A stretch of DNA of 64,000 bases from the human T2T-CHM13v2.0 reference genome, Homo sapiens (GCF_009914755.1 NC_060925.1); one strand, 5' to 3'. Counted from the stretch's first letter, positions 1 to 14,364 are shown. Notes: generated from the letters alone by a model not told the origin. Made by a program: numbers and translations.

Positions 1-223
1 ATTTTTAAAAATCTAACAATGGTCATAGAAGACTGGAGCTGGTCTTTGTGTTTCCTGTCAAAGAGTTCCTCTGCATCTTTTCTTAGTATGCTAGGAATAC
101 ATATTTCTTAAAAGTATCCTGACTTATGTCCAGAGAAAGCAAATACTACTAGTATTTGCCTCTTGTTCTAGAATGTGTTCTCAGAAAATGTTAATAAACA
201 CATATATGTCTTTAGTGATCACA

Positions 224-539
224 TTTTTTAAACTTTTATGTTAGGTTCAGCGGTATAGGTGCAGGTTTGCTATATAGGTAAATTAAGTGCCACAGGGTTT
301 TGGTGTACAGATTATTTAATCACTCATGTAATGAGTGTAGTACCCAACAGGTAGTTTTTCAATCCTCTCCCTCCTCCTACCCTCCACCCTCAAATAGGCC
401 CTAGTGTCTGTTTTTCCCTACTTTGTGTCCATATGTACTCAGTGTTTAGCTCCCACTTGTAAGTGAGAACATGTGGTATTTGGTTTTCTGTTCCTGCGTT
501 GGTTTGCTTAGGATCATGGCCTGCAGATCCATCCATGTT
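224..539 (-). mobile_element. 5'-truncated L1 3' end (old L1PA/L1PB type)
   Basis: Antisense L1 3'UTR (GCAGGTTTG...GTGAGAACATGTGGTATTTGGTTTTCTGTTCCTG); flanked by near-perfect TSD TTAGTGATCACATTT (212-226) / TTAGTGACCACATTT (538-552). Confidence 0.88.
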
Positions 540-1589
540 AGTGACCACATTTCAAGGGTGCTTTTACGTTCTTTCACATTAGGGAACACTATCATGCCTC
601 CAGCTGACCAAGAGCTGAGTCCTCTTGGTCCAGGTGCACTTCCATGAAAGTGCCTGAATTGTTCTTTTGCTTAGGACTTTATAAGCTCCTTAAAAGTTCA
701 TGGGAGAGGAAGTCAAGACCACCAAGGAAAGAAACCATACACATCCAAAGTGAACTGAAGCTTAAGTATATTTTTAAAAATTCACACCATCTAAAGGCAT
801 GAGTGTGGTGTGAGGGCTCCAATCTCTTTTCACTAGGAGATTCTTGAAATCCTAAATCAAAAATGGTTTGGGATTGGTGATATCCAGTTGTATTCTAGAG
901 ATCTTCCTTCATCCTGACTTAGTGTTTCTGAACAGAATTATTCACTTCTCCAGTCCAAGCTGGTTTGTTTGTTTGTTCCAAATCTTAACATCTGTTTTCT
1001 ATGTGGTTGATTAAAAGGTTAGAATTCAAGGCAGGCGTATTTTCTGCCTCAACCACCCATAATTTAACCACTATACAGCTATTTTTCTTGCTATTTCTGT
1101 TTCTAAATACTACCACACATGATTTTTTTGGGACTTCTTTTTGTGACCCCTCTATGCGAGGAAGTTAGATTTGTTTATAGAGCTCTAGGGCTTGAGGTAG
1201 AAAAAAATTATCTCCAGGACTCTTTCCTGCCTGGAAGAACCTTCTTCAGCCACTTTCACATCCCTTCTGCTTGTCTGCATCTCATCCATTACCTGGGACT
1301 CCTCCACTGCCCAGTCCTGAGGCAGTGCTCTGGGTTCTTTTCCAGGAGTACTGCTTTTGGTCATTAGCTGACTGCTGCTCACTGGATGGCTATGTGAAGA
1401 GTCTCTTTACACTGCAGGGCTGGTTGGAAAGTCATGGACCCATTGAAGGCAGTGTGAACTCACTGTCTTGTGTTTCTGAACAGAAGAGCAAGGCATATCT
1501 GGCTCTGGTAGAACTGGAGGGGACAGATGTCTCTCCTTGTTCTACCTGTTTAAAGTTAACAAAGAGTAATAGTCTGGGAAAGAAACCTG

Positions 1590-1647
1590 AAAAAAAAAAA
1601 AAAAAAAAAAACAAAAGAAAAAGAAAAGAAAGGAAAAGAAGAAAAAA
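1590..1647. repeat. poly(A) / (GAAAA)n low-complexity tract
   Basis: A22 run followed by AAAAG-type repeats. Confidence 0.9.
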
Positions 1648-4600
1648 GTGAGGGAGAGGCCAAAAAAGAGCAGCCAGACCTTCTGCCCTTGCTTCAATAA
1701 TATCTGATCCATCATGATCGTTCCTGTGTACTGGAGTTCTGAATGAGGTCTCCATTGACCAAAGGAGACTGCTGCAAAGATAAAAAACTGAAGGGCACTT
1801 ATCTTATCCAGTCCCTTCATTGCAAAAGATGAGTAAAATGTGTTATAGGAAGGTTATGAATAGCTAGGGAATATCAGAAACACACATATTGTCTTTTCCC
1901 TTTATTAATAGATTGTGGGGTATAATGCTGATCTGCTACTATTAGATACATTGAGATCAGATATAATCTGCATCCATACAGTCTTTCCAGAAAATATTAT
2001 TCCCATCCTTTGGCAGGGGTGCTCAGTGCACTTGAGTCAGATGAGAAACATTCTTTGGGAATAATAGAGTTCTTCTCCCTTAGAAATGTTTCATGTACTT
2101 CAGAGTTGCTGCCATATGGTTCCCATAAAGGTTCTGCCAAAATTCCCGTGGTTCTCACAAGAGCTCCTACCTCCTCTGTTCTTTTAATCTCCTGCTGCGG
2201 GTGGCAGACATGGGAGAGACAGGCAAGCTGCAAAGGGAAGTCGACGAAATAAAATTAAAGCCCTACAATCGTGTTCGTGTCAATGTAGATGGGGTGCCCC
2301 CCTCGGTTTGCTCACAGAGGTGGGTGTGAGATCCTACAGGACGGTCTGGAAGACATCCCATGGAAGGCACTTTATTTTGCCCAGAAGCTGGAGGAAAAGC
2401 AGAAGGCAAGTGTTGTCTCTTAGAAGGCCTGGGCGGGGGGTAGGGGGATGGTAAAGGTTTAAGGAGAAGAAGTCTTTAGGAATTTTTACTTCACAGAAAA
2501 AAGAGAATGATACCTAGAGGCTTGTCTGAATTTGTGAAACAATGTAACAACAGAAAGAGGCAATGTTTAGAAAGGCTACCCCTCCTGATTATGTGTTCTG
2601 GCAGGCAGGGCAGAAACAGTCTCGGTGCCCATGTGAGGACTGGAACTGGTTTCTTTTCTCCTTTACATGATTGTTCTGAGTCCCTTCTGTTTCTTGGTGA
2701 GCTATATTGTGGTCTCTCTCCCAATCCCCCACCCTAAATTCTATGTACGTAAGTGATTGACAACTTTCTTCTTTAGAAAATCGCAAATTTCTCTTGAAGG
2801 TAAATGGCAGCGTTACAAGATACACTCGTAGAGTCTGTAGTTGTGGAACATATGCTCCTGCTTGCTAATTTCTGACTGCACATTTTGAAATAGATTCTTT
2901 GAGATTAATGACCAATTATTAGCTCTGACGTGATGCTTGCTAAGTTGGATGTGGATTCATTTAGTAAACCTTGTGTGTGCATTTGTTTTTTTATGTTTAG
3001 CAACTGCTTACATGGATCACCTGTTTTTGTTTTGCTATGACTTCAAAGTAGGTAAGGCAAAAAGAGACTTTTGGCCCCTGAAACTCATTCCAAAAATTAT
3101 ACTGAAGAAGTGAGATCTCTAGGTAGGTCTTGCTGAGTTTGGCAAGCCCAGGGGGGCTTATATTTTGATGTCATGTCACTTCTTTCCCAATTGTCCTGTT
3201 GTTTGACTCATCTAGAGGAGATTTAGCACACATGTTGGAGAGCAGTGAGGTGAAATAAAGGTCACTCAGGAATAGCATCCTCACGGGTCCTCATTCTAGC
3301 CAGGGTCCATCTGTATAAGCTCTTTGGGTGATCCCTCCCCACCTCCGTAAATGTTTGCCTCTCATGTTGCAGGTAGTCATGGGGCTTTTGCTTGATTTGA
3401 CTGAGACAGTGAATTGATTTCACTCCCCCATTTCCCTCTCCTTCTACCCTATTTGAATTGTCTCTGCATGCTTGAAGATGAGGTAATTAAATATATCTTT
3501 GAAGGATATAGAAAACAACACCACCCTCCTCCTTGCCTTCTTCTGGGGAGTGCAATCCGGTAAACTACCAGGTTGTCTTGTCAAATGAGTTATTGTTTTT
3601 CAAAATGTAGCCTGAATGGCATCCTTTATAATTAAGGCTTCTGGCTTTCAGTTTAAAGTGATATTTGCCAGTAAAAGCCTGCCAAAAAATAAATAAATAA
3701 AAGCAGGCTTACCGTTAAATATTGATTTAAACTTGGAAACTGGCTCCAAATTTTGTTATACTAGTCTTGATCTTCACGGCCTCTGGGCATCTGTTTCAAT
3801 TTGGTCAAATTGAAATGGGGAGGGACAGTGCCAGGCTAACAGCAAGGTGATCCAATATAGTAGGATGAGTTGTATTTGATGAAAAAGAGCCAGGCAAAGT
3901 CATCTACAGGTCCTGGGGATAGGTGAACTGGGCTCGGATAAAATAAAAGCTGATGGGCATCTTAACCTGTCCCTTGGGCTGACCTGAGCCAGTGATTATA
4001 TTTTTGAAATGTAAAAAAACATTGGGTTATCTTTGGAGGACAGAATTTTTTTTTTCTGCCTTTCTGTGTTTCCTGTTATATAGAAGCATTTCCTGCAACT
4101 GGTCTGGATGGGCATTTTTCCTTATGATCCTTCCACAGTACTGGGAGGGATATTTAAAAAGCTCAAATGCAAAACATTTCCCTAGGAACCAAATTCCTCA
4201 ATCCCCACTTTGAGTTTTTTTCCTATGTAGGAAAAGGATAAGGTTCTCAGAAGAGTTTTCTCTTCCTGAGTATATATGTTTGAGATTGAGAAGTGTTCTT
4301 ATCTATCTCTATCTCTCATAAGAGAAGGCAAACAGGAAGGGGGAGAGTTAAAAGTTCCTGAAAAAAGGGCCCTTGATGAAACTGAACTCTGTGGGTGCAA
4401 AGTGCCTGAGATCTATTAGTTTTGGCAACCCCAGTTATTCCAGTGTCTCTCATCATCTGTAAAGTTAACAAGGGCTGATAAGAGATGATGAGACGGGGTA
4501 CTGGTTTGTATTTCCAGACTCATAAATATTTCACAATACCATTTTTTTTTTTTTACAATCAGATACATTAGTTTGCCAAGTATGCTGCTGGATGTTCATT

Positions 4601-5630
4601 CAGCACTAGTGTTTAACAAAAGCCCGGTTTTAAAATCAGAGGATATGAGTTGGGGGGGCCTTGAGGTAAGCATCACTTGTTATTGTACCTGGCTTTCAAA
4701 TGCATGTCCTAATTTGAGAGAGGGAGTTGGTATTTGACCTCTAGAAACTGCTGCTGTCTACCTTGAAAAATATATTGTTATGTTCTATGGGCAAAAAAGC
4801 ATCAATCTTAGCTACACTCTCATATTCTTTCTCATTCTCTAGCTCCGCCAGTGCCCTTGTGTTTCTTTGTACTTCACACCATGGACAGTAGAATCAGGCA
4901 CCAAAGGGTGAATTTAATTTGGAACAAACCTCTGTCTTGATAGAACTGCCTTTGCCCGGGCTCAAACACAGCAACCTGCAATTTCCTGAGGCTGTGCCTC
5001 ACCTAGCACTATCACAGGCTCTAAAAATTAAGTCCAGCCTCAGCATTTCTCATAGCTAACCCAACTACAGCAAAAAAGGGGTATAGACACACAAGTCAGC
5101 CAAGTAGCAATGGTTTTCTCCCTGATGTAATCAAATGGAGTGCAGGGATATCACTTGATTAACAGCTGCGGTATTAATTTCCCTTTTTGGTTGCTTGACT
5201 CACAGCAAGAATCATGTCAAGGCAGCAGAGAAGCAATTAAATTGATTTTAATCTTTGTCAGAGAAGATAACATGCCTCTTTCTCTTCTCATTTAAATAAT
5301 TAAAGTTTCAGTAGGTATTATTTCTGGCTTTAAAGAAATTGGTATCTTAATGTAATAGAATCCTTGTAATTATATACTTAATGGTCCTTAATAAGTTAAT
5401 CATGGTTTTTCATTTAACATGTATTTTTTACTTATTAAACTTTTATTTGTTATAGTATCTTTGCTTTCAAGAAGAAGGGGGAAAACACAAAGAATGATAG
5501 ATATAAAACAGTTCTGTTATTTCTTATATTAATCCTTTCAGCATTTATTTTCTTCTTCTTTCATGCTGTCTTGGACTTAAATGTGAAGTAATTTTTTTAC
5601 ATTTCAGTTCATTTAAAAGAAGCCCACTTA

Positions 5631-5752
5631 TTTTAATACCAACATACTTAATTTTAATAATAATAAAATTTTGGGCTCCTATGAAAACTTCTTTTAATAA
5701 CAACATACTTAATTTTAATAATGATGAAGTTTTTGGCTTCAATGAAAACCTC
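5631..5752. repeat. Diverged 61-bp tandem duplication
   Basis: 5631-5691 vs 5692-5752, 8 mismatches, no gaps. Confidence 0.9.
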
Positions 5753-6837
5753 CTTGTGTAATATTGTATTACTTAAATTGTTTTGAACTCCTTTAAACTT
5801 AAAATTTCATTAAGATCTTAGAGAAATATTGAAAAAACATTGCAAATGGTTTTATTCCTCTTTGGCATTGAGTCAGACATTATATAGTTATTTTACTACT
5901 CGCCCCAACATTGTGAGATGCATTTCAAAGAAAAGGAAATAGAGAAAAACAAATAGGGGCAAAATTCATCACAGCCTTCCTTGTTAGATGCTGGATTTTA
6001 GCTTTGATGCATACGTAGCCTATATAATGTTGAGCATTACATAATTTAACTATATAAACCCCAGTTGCTACCAATGAGAGGAGTGACTTGTGTAACAGAA
6101 GAAGTGTTATCTGGAGAAAACCTACTTCTCAATTCAGATTCCTATGAAGAAATGAGCTTTTCACCAAAAGGTTTCAAAACTGCTTCCTTTTCAGGGCGCT
6201 GAACACTGACTAAGAGGAGAGAGCGCACATTACATGGAGACCATGGTCCCCATACCAGAAACATGAGAGTAGAGAGAAGCAAAGCCAGCATCGTGGAGCC
6301 AGTCCCTTTATCCAGGATCTTGGAGGGATACAGTCTTCTGTAGAAATTAAATAAAGACTGAATTCTTCAATGGGTATTTTGAGAAGAGAGCCACTGTAAG
6401 CTTATACACTGTGAATTGCAAAATGTTACTGCCTCTGGGTGGACAGGTTTTAAAAAGACTTTTTTTTTTCCTCCTGGCATGGCTGACAGAGGGAAGGCTG
6501 GGTTTCAATCCCATCTTTCCCTTCCCTTGCCCAGTGCTTCTTTATGTGCACAACCTGCACAACTATATGTGGTTTGCAAACACGCATAAGCAAAGACTAA
6601 CAGCTTCTGAAACAAACTCTGAATAAAAGAGGGAGCATATTAAGGCAGATGGCAGAGGAGGTGAGCAGCATGGGCAGATAGAAGCATCACAGAGACTACA
6701 AGAAGAATGTGCCAGACCGGCTCATAGTGGCCACACTGATTAAGAATTACCATCAGCTCTTTAGGATTTGGAAACTTGGAAACACATTGTGTGTTCTTCC
6801 TGGTTTGTTATAGAGTATGTGTATGTACTTCTTTCTC

Positions 6838-7540
6838 TTAAAAATATTTATTTTTAAAGAATTGACTTATAAAATTATATGTATTTGTCATGTATAACAC
6901 AATATTTTGAAGTACAGTCCTGTGTCATAAGGATATGTTCTGAGAAATCCATCAATTTTGTCATTGTATAAACATGATAGAGTGTATTTACACAAACCTA
7001 GGTGGTATAAACTACTACACACCTAGGCTACATAATGTAGCCTATTGCTCCTAGGCTATAAACCTGTATAACATGCTACTGTACTAAATACTATAGACAA
7101 TAGTCACATACTGGTGAGTATTTGCGTATCAAAACATATCTAAATATAGAAAAGATGCAGTAAAAATATGGTATTACAATCTTATGAGACCACTATAGTA
7201 TATGAGGTCCATCATTGATTAAAACATAGTTATATGGTGCATGACTGTATATATGCATTGTGGAATGGTTAAATCTAGCTAACTAACAAATGTGTTATAT
7301 CACATAGTTATTATTTTTGAGGTGAGAATACAATATTCACTCTCTTAGCATTTTTTAAGAATACAGTATATTAACTATAGTCACCATGCTGAATGGTAGA
7401 TCTCTGGAACTAATTTCTCCTATCTAAGTGTGATTATGTACCCTTTGACCAACATCTTTCTAACCCCACCCCACAAACACCCCATAATAAAGCCTCTTGT
7501 AACCACCATTTTACTCCTTTTTCTATGAGAATGGCCTTCT
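6838..7540 (-). mobile_element. L1MA 3' end, interrupted by Tigger3a
   Basis: Antisense L1MA 3'UTR motifs (ATTAACTATAGTCACCATGCTG...AGATCTCTGGAAC; CCCTTTGACCAACATC). Confidence 0.8.
6915..7247. mobile_element. Tigger3a/MER7A-type TcMar DNA transposon MITE
   Basis: CAGTC...GACTG termini flanked by TA at 6913-14 and 7248-49; internal CACACCTAGGCTA..GTAGCCTATTGCTCCTAGGCTA motif. Confidence 0.85.
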
Positions 7541-7880
7541 TTGTCTCTCCTTTTGTCTGTCCTTACAGTTTTTTACTTAATGTCTATTTTGCCTGATATT
7601 AATACAAGTATACTTCCTCCTGCTCTCTTTTAGTTTCTACTTGCATAGAATATCTTTTTCTGTTCCTTCATTTTCAGTCTGTGTGTCCTTATAGGTAAAG
7701 TGAGTCTCCTGTAGGCAGCAGATAGTTGGGTTGGCTCTTTTTTTTTTTTAATCCATCCCAGCCACTTTATGTATTTTGATCAGAGACCTTTATCCTTTTA
7801 CAACCAAGGTAATTATTAGTAGATAAGGACTTACTACTGACATTTTGTTTATTGCTTTCTCATTGTTTGATAGATTGTTG
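7540..7880 (-). mobile_element. L1 ORF2 5' (endonuclease) fragment
   Basis: Minus strand reads CCAACTATCTGCTGCCTACAGGAGACTCAC = PTICCLQETH, the L1 endonuclease motif. Confidence 0.85.
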
Positions 7881-8874
7881 TGTGTGGTTTTTATTACAGG
7901 GTGTATCTTGAGTCATCTCAATTAATCTTGATGCTCTTGGTTCCTACATCGCTGTTAGCATTGAGGATGTTAGAGTGCAGAGTATCAAAACCAGCATTCA
8001 TCAGAAAGAAAGGATGTTTACACAAACATTAAGGCATGGAAGAGAGTCAGTGGGGTGGGGATGGAAAAGGAAAGAATATCCTAGGCTGAGAAAATCACTG
8101 AAGCAAGAAAATGGTGTATATGAGCATGGGTTCTTTTAGAAACTATCTTAACACCTGATCAAATGTGGGTGTTTCTGAGAATGCTGAGCTGATTATGGCA
8201 CATTCTCTGTCCTGGAGAAGCTGGAAGCATTTTTACATCTACCCTATTTGATCCTCATACAAATTTTATAAATTAGATAAGAAACATCTTAATAACTAAA
8301 AGTCACTGAAGAGGAAACCTTAAAAAAAGTACTTTAAAAAAGTACACAAGACTTAAGTTTACACAACTAACTCTAGGAATGCTGGGACTGGAACCCAGCT
8401 GCCTGGCAAGTACCATGGTGTTTTCAACCGGATCAGAGAGGGGTGAGCTTTTTCCTGCTTCTTCCCCAGAGCAGTAAATTAAAAAAAAAAAAAGCGTTAT
8501 TGCTGTTATTTTATTATGATGATTATTACTATTATCAGATAGTGAGGGGTGAAGGAAGAGAGTACAGCCAGATTTCTTCATTTCTCTCTACTAGTGGTAA
8601 TGTGTGTGGGGGCATAATAAACTCAATTAAAGGAGTTCTGAGTATTTGCAGAGCAAGTTTGTTCATCTGTCTCAACTGCTTTAAAGATTTTTTATTTTAA
8701 TAAGATAAATAGTTAACTCATCCTGCTAAATGAATTTTCTGCTAATAACCATATACCTCTCCCACAACACTAATCACAAAGTATATTTCTAAAGTGATTC
8801 CAGCCCTGTTTGGGGAATCAGTATTATTTACTCTTTTTCCTCTAGTCCCTAGCACAATGTCTGGGCTAGAGGAT

Positions 8875-9250
8875 TCATTTGATCACTCAGGAAATATTCA
8901 TTGAGAACCTACTATGTGGCAGTCACTATTTTAGGTACTTAGGACATAGCAGTGAAGAAAGTAGATATGATTCTTTCTCTAATGCAGCTTATATTTTGAT
9001 GGAATATTTTAGTATTTCTATAAATAAATAAAGATATGTGTTACAAAGAAAATTAAAGAGATGTGATAATGATGAAATGGGATAATTTGCTTGGGTGCCC
9101 AGGAAGGTTACTTTGAGGAAGTGACATTGGAACTGAGACTCAAATGTCAAGTTTTAAATGTAGGAAAAAGCTTTGCATGCCTGAAAAATGGAAAGATGAA
9201 TATTATGGCTTGAGGCTGAAGGGGCAAAGGAAGTGGTGTGGAGGTGAGTG
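8875..9250 (-). mobile_element. L2 3' fragment
   Basis: AATATTCATTGAGAACCTACTATGTGGCAGTCAC, antisense L2 terminus. Confidence 0.7.
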
Positions 9251-9354
9251 GAAAGATTCCAAGGTGGTCTTTTCACAGAGGAGGGTGAGGGAGCTAGGTA
9301 ATGTCAAAAGCTGACCCATGTTGCTAGGCTGTCAAAAGTACCAGGCTACAAAGA

Positions 9355-10335
9355 TTCTCCAAAACTTAATTAAATTTAAAAATATTTGTGCTCCAAAGGA
9401 CACCATCAAGAAAGTAAAAAAATAACCCACCAAATGGGAGAAAATATTGGCAAATCATGTATCTGATAAGAGGCTTGTATCCAGAAATATAAAGAACTCT
9501 TACAATTCAATGGATAAATAAACCAATTTAAAAAATGAGCAAAAGACTTGAATAAATGTTTCTTTAAAGAAGAGATATAAATGGCCAATTAACAAATGTA
9601 AAGATCCTCTTCATCTTTAGTTATCAGAAAAATGCAAATCAAATCATGAAATACTCTCTCAAACCCACTAGATGGCTAGAATTTAAAAAGTCAGTAACAA
9701 GTTGTTGGCAAGGATATATGGAAAACAATCCTCATACCCTTCTGGGAATGTAAATGGGAATGTTAAATGGTGCAGCTGCTTTAAATGTCAAATGGTCCAG
9801 CAATTCTATTTCTACATATATATACCCAAGAGAAATGAAAGCATATGCCTCAACAAAAACTTGTACACAAATGGCATTATTCATAATAGCCAAAGATGGG
9901 AATAACTCAAATGACCATCGACTGATAAATGAACAAACAAAATGTGGCATATCCATACAGTGGAACTGGCCATAAAAGGAATAAAATGCTAATACATGCT
10001 ATAACATGGATGGACCTTGAAAACATGATGGTAAGTGAAAGAAGCCAGTCACAAAGGGCCACATATATCATTCCATTCACATCAAGTTTCCAGAACAGAG
10101 AATTCTATACAGTCAGAAAGTAAATTAGTAGTTGCTTGGTCGTGGGGGATGGGAAGACAGGGTAGTAGTTAAAGGGTACAGGATTTCTTTTTGAGGTGAT
10201 GAACATGTTCTAAAATTTGCTGTGGAGATGGTTGCATAAATCTGTAAACATATTAAAAGTCATTAAATTGTACACTTGAAATGGGTGAACTGTATGGTGT
10301 GTGAAATATATCTTAATAAAGCTATTTTAAAAAAA
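9355..10335 (+). mobile_element. L1MB/L1ME-type ORF2 end and 3'UTR
   Basis: GACACCATCAAGAAAGT..GGGAGAAAATATT..; ACATGGATGGACCTTGAAAACAT; ends in AATAAA plus A-rich tail. Confidence 0.88.
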
Positions 10336-11290
10336 CACTAAAAAAGCTCCCAAAGCCTAAGGTACACTTTATACTACTAAGAGATTCAGGCTCTTCAGAT
10401 AAAATTTACTACTTCCAGATTAGAATACTTCTGTGCCCAAGGGAGAATCATCAATGAGGCTATTCTTAGAACACAAAGCTTTCCTTCCTAAAATACTGGA
10501 AAGGAGCAACACCTTGAACACCACAGGAAACCCATAAATATCTAATTTGCACCACTGCATGATAAAAGCAGCTTGCTTCTTCCACTCATTAGCAACACTC
10601 AAAAATATATTCTAGCTCTTTGCCTGCTGAAAGGGATATTTACATTTGCTCTTTGTATCAACTAAATAAGCCCTGTTTATGCCTACAGTTTCTCTGCAGC
10701 TCTGGTCCACCTGAACTGTGTTTGGAAAGCAGATAGAGAACTTCTGGGACAAACACGGTGGTGGAAGGTGTGAGAGTTGTATGAGAAATCATTTGAATTA
10801 ATGCATTTGGAATCATGAATTTCAAAGTAACTCTAGAATTAAGAAAGTTTCAGCTTCCTAGATGACTAGAAGTCAGCCATTGTATCTGACTACCTGTAAC
10901 ATGCTCTTTGTCTTGCAGATGAACTGGTCATAGCAGAGGCAAATTTTAAGCCCTTTAAAATAGAAAATATCTTATTCATCGTTGTACTCTTTAATCTATA
11001 ATTTAGTGGTTTTGTATATAACATGTGTTCAGTGATGTTTAAATTGAATTTTAATTAATGGATTACCTTGAGAACCAGTTCAAGAAAAATTTTCAGTGAT
11101 TGAAATTAATAAAATTGAACACATGATGGATGCTATTAGCCACCTGTAGGTCTGACCCACCCTGGGAGCTGGCTTATAAATGTGATGCTATCTGAACCAG
11201 AGTCTCCAGCTGCCAATCAGGAAGCCATGGAATTGATGATGCTACTGTAAGTTGATATGGAAAGAAACGGAAAGTAAGACTTTCCCAGTA

Positions 11291-11442
11291 CAGATAATGC
11301 TCAATTTATAATGGGGTTATGTACTGATAAACCGATCATAGGTCAAAAATATCATAGGTTGAAAATGAATTTAATACTCCAGGAAACCTGTCATAAAATA
11401 GAAATATAGTAAACTGAACTATTGTAAATTGAGGACTGTCTG
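11291..11442. mobile_element. MER47/Tigger5-family short MITE
   Basis: TA|CAGAT...GTCTG termini; ATGGGGTTATGTACTGATAAACC resembles the MER47 end. Confidence 0.65.
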
Positions 11443-12504
11443 TGTTTTTTAGCCTAGTTTAAGGAAGGAAGACCTCATAGCTGGTGGACATAAGCATTCA
11501 GTTCACTAGACTGAGGCTCTGCTTGGTGGCAGAATAGTTCAGTAGGCTTTACCGTAGTGTGCATGAGATATGTAATTTCCTCCACTATCATTATGGGACA
11601 AGGTTCCCAGGTATTGACATATATGGAGCTGTATATTTGCCAGTCACAGGGATGTCTCTTCTCTTTCTCTTGATTCCACAATAATCAATCACAAGGTGCT
11701 GCCTGTGTGTGTGAGGTCCTGTCTGAAAAAGCCTGTTGGCCTTCCTTGGAGAAAAAAATTTAACAGTTACTTCTTTCAGTTTTTTCCTAACCTTCGCTCT
11801 TTCTTGCCACCAATAGAGCAGGGCCTGTTTTCCTGAAGCTTCTCTCTGTCCATTTAGGTTATGTGAATGAGTCTGAAATGTCCAAATATCCTAAATATAT
11901 TTTTGAATATATGAGATATGCTTTGAAATCCAAAGTATAGTATACTGGTACCATCTTTACCACACATATGGCTCTTAGCACTTTACAGCTCAATTTTCTG
12001 CTTAAAAGGGTGCTGCTTACAAACCAGCAAATACAGCAAGTGACTAATTAGCCAAATTAATGAGGGCTTGTTTACTTGAAGTCCCCAGTGCCCTTGGAAC
12101 TTGGGATGTTTCGTTATTACAATCTGCAAGTGGTTTCCTGCAATTAATTTTTAACATACGGCTCTTGCATCTTCTCAGTAATATCTAATATCCTAATACT
12201 TTAGAGAGGTTTGCAAGATTTAACTCATTAATCCTCAAAAGGAACCACTGGAATACTGAAATAAAAAGGAATCGTACTACTTTTTTTTTTTTTGTCAACA
12301 TTAATTTTGGCATACTTTACAAATGCTGTCCTATAGGTCTAGGGGAAAATTGGTAAAGATCAAGTATTTAGGCCCATTCTGATAAAAGTGTAGAAAGGAA
12401 GAAACACAGGTATATGTCAAAGGAATTGCTGCTTGCTACAGAATGAAAGATTAACAAACTAAAAACATCAGTCCACTTACTTCTAGCCTTTTATAGGATC
12501 ACCT

Positions 12505-13765
<1,261 letters not shown>

Positions 13766-13978
13766 AGCTTGTAGTGAGGTGTACATCTAGAGCACATGAA
13801 GAAGTAAAGTAAGCATCTCCAGCTCACTCAGAAGGGAGAGCTTATTATTGTATTGATGACTGAATTCTAATTCATCCCAAATTATCAGTTCCACTTTTGC
13901 TTCAAACTTAAAAATTTTTAATAATTCTATCTTTATATTTTGATAAAAGCCAATCTCATATATTTGGGGCTAAGCTAC

Positions 13979-14364
13979 TATCTTAGTTCATATTGTGCTG
14001 CTGTAACATAATACCTGAGACTAGATAATTTATAAAAAACATAAATCTTAGTTCATATTGTGCTGCTGTAACATAATACCTGAGACTAGATAATTTATAA
14101 AAAACATAAATTTGTTCTCTGACATTTCTGGATGCTGGGAAGTCCAAGATCAAGGCTCTGGCATCTGTTGGGGCTTTCTTTCAGTGTCCTTACAAGGCAG
14201 AGGAGCAGAAGAGAGAGAACTCATTTTCACAAACCCCTTTTATGGCAGCATTAAGCCATCATGACCTATATAACTCCCCAAAGGTTCCACCGTCCAACAC
14301 TGTTGCATTGAGGATTCAGTTTCCAATATAAGAATTGTAGAGGGGATACATTTGGGTCATAGCA
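13979..14364 (-). mobile_element. MST-family (MSTC-like) MaLR solo LTR carrying an internal 65-bp duplication
   Basis: TATCTTAGT...CATAGCA termini; perfect 5-bp TSD GCTAC (13974-78 / 14365-69). Confidence 0.88.

Noticed and set aside
1119-1820. Overlapping ORFs up to 126 aa
   Set aside because: Extended by the poly(A)/poly(T) tract (poly-Lys/Phe); no recognisable domain or exon structure
2431-2451. G-quadruplex candidate
   Set aside because: Only three full G3+ runs plus GG; not a canonical G4
4448-4493. 11-bp inverted repeat, possible pre-miRNA
   Set aside because: Stem too short, loop 24 nt, overlaps MIR-like sequence
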